Virus record (IMG/VR): IMGVR_UViG_2585427767_000004
Source: a virus
Lineage: Duplodnaviria > Heunggongvirae > Uroviricota > Caudoviricetes
DNA length: 18,960 bases
Reading direction: 5' to 3' (one strand)
Below, piece by piece: positions 18,011-18,960 of the stretch; within the stretch, counting starts at the first letter, position 1, and each line of letters starts with the position of its first letter. Position numbers and translations under genes: made by a program. A model generated the notes under the pieces. The model had not been told where the DNA came from. It saw nothing but the letters and a program-made list of their open reading frames with translations, and did not search any database.

Positions 18011-18541
18011 GTGCAGTTTATGAAACATTCATTTGAAGTAAAACTTGCCGCTGTAAATCATTACCTGGCTGGTCATGCAGGCATCATTTCTACGGCAAAA
18101 CTCTTTCAACTTTCTCACACCAGCCTCTCACACTGGATTAATCTTTTTCTTCTTCACGGTCCTCGGGCACTGGATTGCAGACACAAGCGTAGCTATTCTC
18201 CTGAAGATAAACTTTGCGTGGTTCTTTATGCTCTCGGGCATTCTGAGTCTCTACCCCGGGTAGCTGCCCGGTTTAACATTCCCAGCCACAACACGGTTAA
18301 AAACTGGATAAAAGGCTACCGCAAATCTGGTAATGAGGCCTTTATCAGGCGCAGGAAGGAGAAAAGCATGACCCGTTCTGATGATACCCATGAAAACGAG
18401 GCAAACATGACGCCGGAAGAGATGAAGAATGAGCTGCGTTATCTTCGCGCAGAAAATGCATATCTGAAAGCCATGCAGGAGCATCTCCTGGAAAAAAAGC
18501 GCCAGGAGCTGGAGAAAAAACGAAAGTCATCCGGAGCCTGA
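18011..18541 (+). CDS. IS3-family transposase OrfA (HTH DNA-binding component)
   Basis: 176-aa ORF with helix-turn-helix-like N-terminus and a leucine-zipper-like C-terminus (ELRYLRAENAYLKAMQEHLLEKK). The true start may be ATG 18020 (MKHSFEVKLAAVNHY). Confidence 0.85.
   Translation: MQFMKHSFEVKLAAVNHYLAGHAGIISTAKLFQLSHTSLSHWINLFLLHGPRALDCRHKRSYSPEDKLCVVLYALGHSESLPRVAARFNIPSHNTVKNWIKGYRKSGNEAFIRRRKEKSMTRSDDTHENEANMTPEEMKNELRYLRAENAYLKAMQEHLLEKKRQELEKKRKSSGA
18493..18499 (+). promoter_or_regulatory. Programmed -1 ribosomal frameshift site (A AAA AAG) for OrfAB fusion
   Basis: Heptamer A-AAA-AAG in the orfA zero frame at 18493-18499, with orfB open in the -1 frame from here on. Confidence 0.6.
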
Positions 18542-18960
18542 GGTGCGGACACTGCCAGTCTGACCTGTTAAAGGCTGCAGGGCTGGCCAGAAGCACGCTG
18601 TACTACCAGCTGTCACTGCAGAAGGCTAAGGACAAGTATGCTGATGTGAAACAGCTCATAGCCTCCATCTTCCATGAACACCGGGGATGTTATGGGTACC
18701 GGCGGATCCATTGTGAGCTTCAGAAAAGAGGTCTTAAGTTCAGTGGCAAAACAGTGCGAAAACTGATGCAACAGCTCGGCCTGAAGTCTCCTGTGCGCCT
18801 GAAGAAATACCGGTCTTACCGGGGAAATATGGGACTCGCTGCAGAAAATATCCTTCAGCGACAGTTCAAAGCGGAAGCTCCCTGTGAGAAATGGGTGACA
18901 GATATCACCGAATTCAGGGCTGGCGGACAAAAACTGTACCTGTCCCCGATACTTGATTTG
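18493..18960 (+). CDS. IS3-family transposase OrfB (DDE integrase-like domain), reached by -1 frameshift; 3' end outside window
   Basis: In the -1 frame after the slippery site the translation reads ...LLKAAGLARSTLYYQ...HRGCYGYRRIHCELQKRGLKFSGKTVRKLMQQLGL...KWVTDITEF..., typical of the N-terminal part of IS3-family OrfB. No stop before the window end. Confidence 0.8.

Larger units (their letters stand above)
17969..18960 (+). mobile_element. IS3-family insertion sequence (IS150-group-like), left end plus orfA and 5' part of orfB; continues beyond window
   Basis: Left terminus TGAACTGCACCCCAAATGTTGGAC resembles the IS150-type inverted repeat as I recall it (TG start). orfA and orfB are in the 0/-1 arrangement with an A-AAA-AAG slippery site. 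Exact IS name not determined. Confidence 0.85.

Noticed and set aside
1-18960. CRISPR array, rRNA, retron or reverse transcriptase, STAND/AAA ATPase partner for the cargo genes
   Set aside because: No regularly spaced short repeats with unique spacers, no rRNA-like sequence, and no YxDD or Walker A motifs in any long ORF of the cargo region.

Overview
This window looks like the attR-side end of a lambda-like prophage integrated at a tRNA-Thr(CGU) site, with a neighbouring integrase remnant on the left and an IS insertion on the right. Left to right: (i) a frame-disrupted tyrosine recombinase gene (1..884, +) and a 46-nt 3' fragment of tRNA-Thr(CGU) on the minus strand (1463..1508), which I read as an att core duplicate; (ii) a mosaic cargo region of about 7.7 kb (1509..9245) containing two AT-rich genes I cannot assign to any family I know, a 456-aa coiled-coil/two-TM protein (2495..3865) and an approximately 1180-aa protein with no P-loop (5350..8892), together with two kinds of direct repeats; (iii) a minus-strand lambda tail module (small membrane protein, tail-fibre protein with chaperone domain, 93-aa ORF, stf, J, I, K, L) at 9246..17968; (iv) an IS150-group IS3-family element (17969 to past the window end) that truncates gene L. 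The two AT-rich cargo genes, in the classic moron/defence hotspot between tail fibres and att, are the best candidates for an undescribed (probably anti-phage) system. All calls rest on reading the sequence and recalled protein families; no database search was run. No rRNA, intact tRNA or CRISPR array was seen.
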